A stretch of 64,000 nucleotides of DNA. Origin: Podarcis muralis (lineage: Eukaryota). The stretch is from assembly GCF_964188315.1 (NCBI RefSeq), contig NC_135658.1:60574001-60638000 (forward strand), in the 5' to 3' direction. A program made the position numbers and the translations under genes. The notes beneath the pieces were generated by a model that was not told the DNA's origin, ran no database searches, and saw nothing but the letters and a program-made list of their open reading frames with translations. This document shows, in pieces, positions 61,598-64,000 of this stretch; position 1 is the stretch's first letter; each line of letters starts with the position of its first letter.

Positions 61598-62382
61598 TAT
61601 TATAAACCATTTATACAGAGTATAATATAATGAAATCAATCCCCCTTAAAAATCATTTTAATAAAAGAGTATGAAGTGGAACAACCAAAATTATCTGAGT
61701 ACATTAATACATATATATTTCAGTTTAGAAAGCATTATGCTGCACAAGTGAAAAACTCAAAGCCGCCTACACAATTGCTATCCATGACAATAATGTAACC
61801 TTATAAAGAAAACAACCAGTTAAATGACCCTAAACGGACAATATTTCTTTCTTATAATGAAGTAGGAAGGCACAAAGTCCTTTTCCTTGACTTGGAAAAA
61901 TCCCACAATCATCAGGGGGCTGAGAAAACCACACAGTGTGATCTTTTTATAACATTTTGTAAATATACCTACATCTAATGCGATGGGGGGAAACCAATGG
62001 GAAACTCACACACAGTTCATATCAGGAAGATGAGACTCTCAAACCCCATCTGAAGGAAGCAAGGGGAGGAATATTAGCCTGTGCTATATTTAAGACATAC
62101 ATGTCCTTCCAGGTGCCTTTGATTTGGCACAGTGTTTGGAAAGAAGGAGAAGAGCGCAGGCACTGTAGAATGAGCTGAGCAGCTTGGATGTCTCCAATAC
62201 AAATGCACTTTTGGGCCCTGATATTTCCACCCACCATGATTCTATGGAGCAGTTTGTTCCTTGCTTTTTCCTTGTTTCCTTAGAAATATAAAGCAATGCA
62301 CCCCTCAGTCTGCCACTGCCATTCCTTCTAAAGACATCAGGTGGTATCTAACTAAATCGTGTCCTCCCTAAAAGAGGGCACG

Positions 62383-63129
62383 TGTTGCGGTTAGACCTGG
62401 AGACTGACCTCCTTTGTTGTGGGTGGGTTGGATTGGTCAGCCACAACACCCGATTGGTAGGTCCCTCGATTGTTGGCTTCAATCTGGCCAATGGGGCACA
62501 GTCTAAATGGATCGAGAGACCTATTTATACCCATGCACATGACCCAGAGCTTCCTCTTTCGGTGTGTGTATTTGGAACACCCGCCCACCTCTCCCTACTT
62601 TTAGGGCATTGTGTGATTGACCTTGCTATGCAGTTGTGTGTCATCTGTCGTTGGGACCCCACTTGGCTGATTGGCTGTTGCCATTTGGGTTTTGCCTGCC
62701 GCATAGCAATTCGTCACAACTTGTAAGGTTGCGGATAGGCACTGGTTCAGGTGATAGGGATGGGAGAGTGGTCTTGCCATCTCTATGTGACGGGTATTCC
62801 ATTAAAGGAATCCAGGGACTCAACTTGGTTTGGTCAACTCCCAATAGGGGGTTGTGCCCGTGCCTGAGTCCAGAGGAGCATCTGGGGAGTGAACAGAGTC
62901 TGTTTCTGGACTTTTCACCTACGCAGGTGTTCACCCTTGGCTGACCTATGCTCGTGCCCTGGGTCAGCGCTGCCTGCAAGGGTGCAGGGAGCTAGTCGAA
63001 CCAGAGCCTATGCAACCACTCACTTGCTGTAATCAATCAAGTTGTGGCCTAAATTCTGCCAAAAATGAAAAGTAAAATTTGAGTCAAATAGGTATTTATT
63101 TAGAGGGGGGAGGTCTCTGGGTCTGAACA
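62383..63129 (+). mobile_element. Solo LTR, 747 bp (Gypsy/ERV type)
   Basis: TGTT...AACA termini and 4-bp TSD CACG/CACA (a CpG-type transition). CCAAT boxes at 62431-62436, 62452-62457 and 62488-62492, TATTTATA at 62522-62529, 13-mer at 62710-62722, variant hexamer AATCAA at 63035-63040. Confidence 0.75.
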
Positions 63130-63132
63130 CAC

Positions 63133-63295
63133 AAACAGTTCCACTAGAGCAAGCACTTTTGGCTGTGCAACGGAACTTCTTCTCCTCATGTGCCCCCTAA
63201 ATATGTTTTGGATGGGGGGGACAAGGAGAGGAAGAGGAATTGCCATTGGGCAGCCAAAAGTGCTTGCACTAGTGGAACTGTTTAGTTGGATACTA
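63133..63295. repeat. Palindromic MITE-like repeat whose left arm is split by the LTR
   Basis: ~40-bp inverted arms AAACAGTTCCACTAG(A/T)GCAAGCACTTTTGGCTG. The outer right arm TTTAGTTGGATACT matches GGTATCTAACTAAA (62343-62356) left of the LTR at 12 of 14. Confidence 0.7.
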
Positions 63296-64000
63296 TGCTT
63301 TATATCCAGGAAGGGCTGTAACACAGTAATTCTTCCAGTTCTTCCTGGTTTATTATATCTGAGAATCACTTATAAATTTCCAGCCACCAATCACCACTGA
63401 ATTTGCTCATAGAACTGCAACATTACACATTTATAGAAGGTACAAAGGAGTAAGTTACAATACTCAAAATATTTCATGGAGTCCAGTGCACACCTCCACT
63501 GCATATACAACATGCAAGCAGACAGCCTCTATGTAAACAATTGGCATCATATTTCTAGAATGTCAACTAGGCTAAATTGTTCAACAGAAATCTAATTTGA
63601 TGGGTAACAATCAGTAATAATTTTACCCTAAATGACCCCATGCCCTCCCTAATCTCTGTGGGTAGTTTTGGCAGTTTCCTTCCTTACCTCTTGCAGCTCC
63701 CCTGAGTTTAGGGAAGAGGGGCTGGGAATTAGATAAGTTTGCTTTTAAAAGCAAACCAACCCAATTCACATTTTCTGTAACCATACATGAACAAAAGCAG
63801 AACCATCCTTCAAAACTCTTCTTTGAATTTTGAAATGCTTTCCTCCAGCCAAGTAAAGAGTACAAAAACACGACCACCACCATATACTAGGATAATGTTG
63901 TTGGCACCCATCTGTCTTGAGAGACAATGGAGTGTGCTTCTAGGGGAGAAGTCAAACCTGCTGTGTTAGCAGCACTGAAGTGACCTCCCCAGGACGCAAG

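Overview
This is eukaryotic, transposon-rich, essentially non-coding DNA from a squamate reptile, probably a lacertid lizard. That assignment is inferred from Sauria SINE, Bov-B, CR1 and L2 repeats recognised by eye, not by database search. The only long ORF belongs to a young, full-length ~5.96 kb L1-clade LINE on the minus strand (21819-27774). It has an up-to-18-bp target-site duplication (TSD), a poly(A) tail and an intact 1244-aa ORF2 (APE endonuclease, RT, CCHC). Its ORF1 is frameshifted by one 5-bp tandem duplication. The window also holds a decayed Gypsy gag-protease-RT relic, a doubly deleted CR1, Bov-B and L2 fragments, four Sauria SINEs, tRNA-derived SINEs, many hAT and Tigger-like MITEs (several nested) and microsatellites. 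The least explained signal is a set of otherwise very divergent solo LTRs (821-1549, 52315-53103, 62383-63129, plus a partial copy at the window start). The three complete copies keep an identical 13-mer, TTCGTCACAACTT, that is complementary to sequence overlapping their own poly(A) hexamer 300-350 nt downstream, with one apparent compensatory change. No host gene could be identified; a few small exon candidates are reported at low confidence. No CRISPR, rRNA, true tRNA gene or prokaryotic system is supported.
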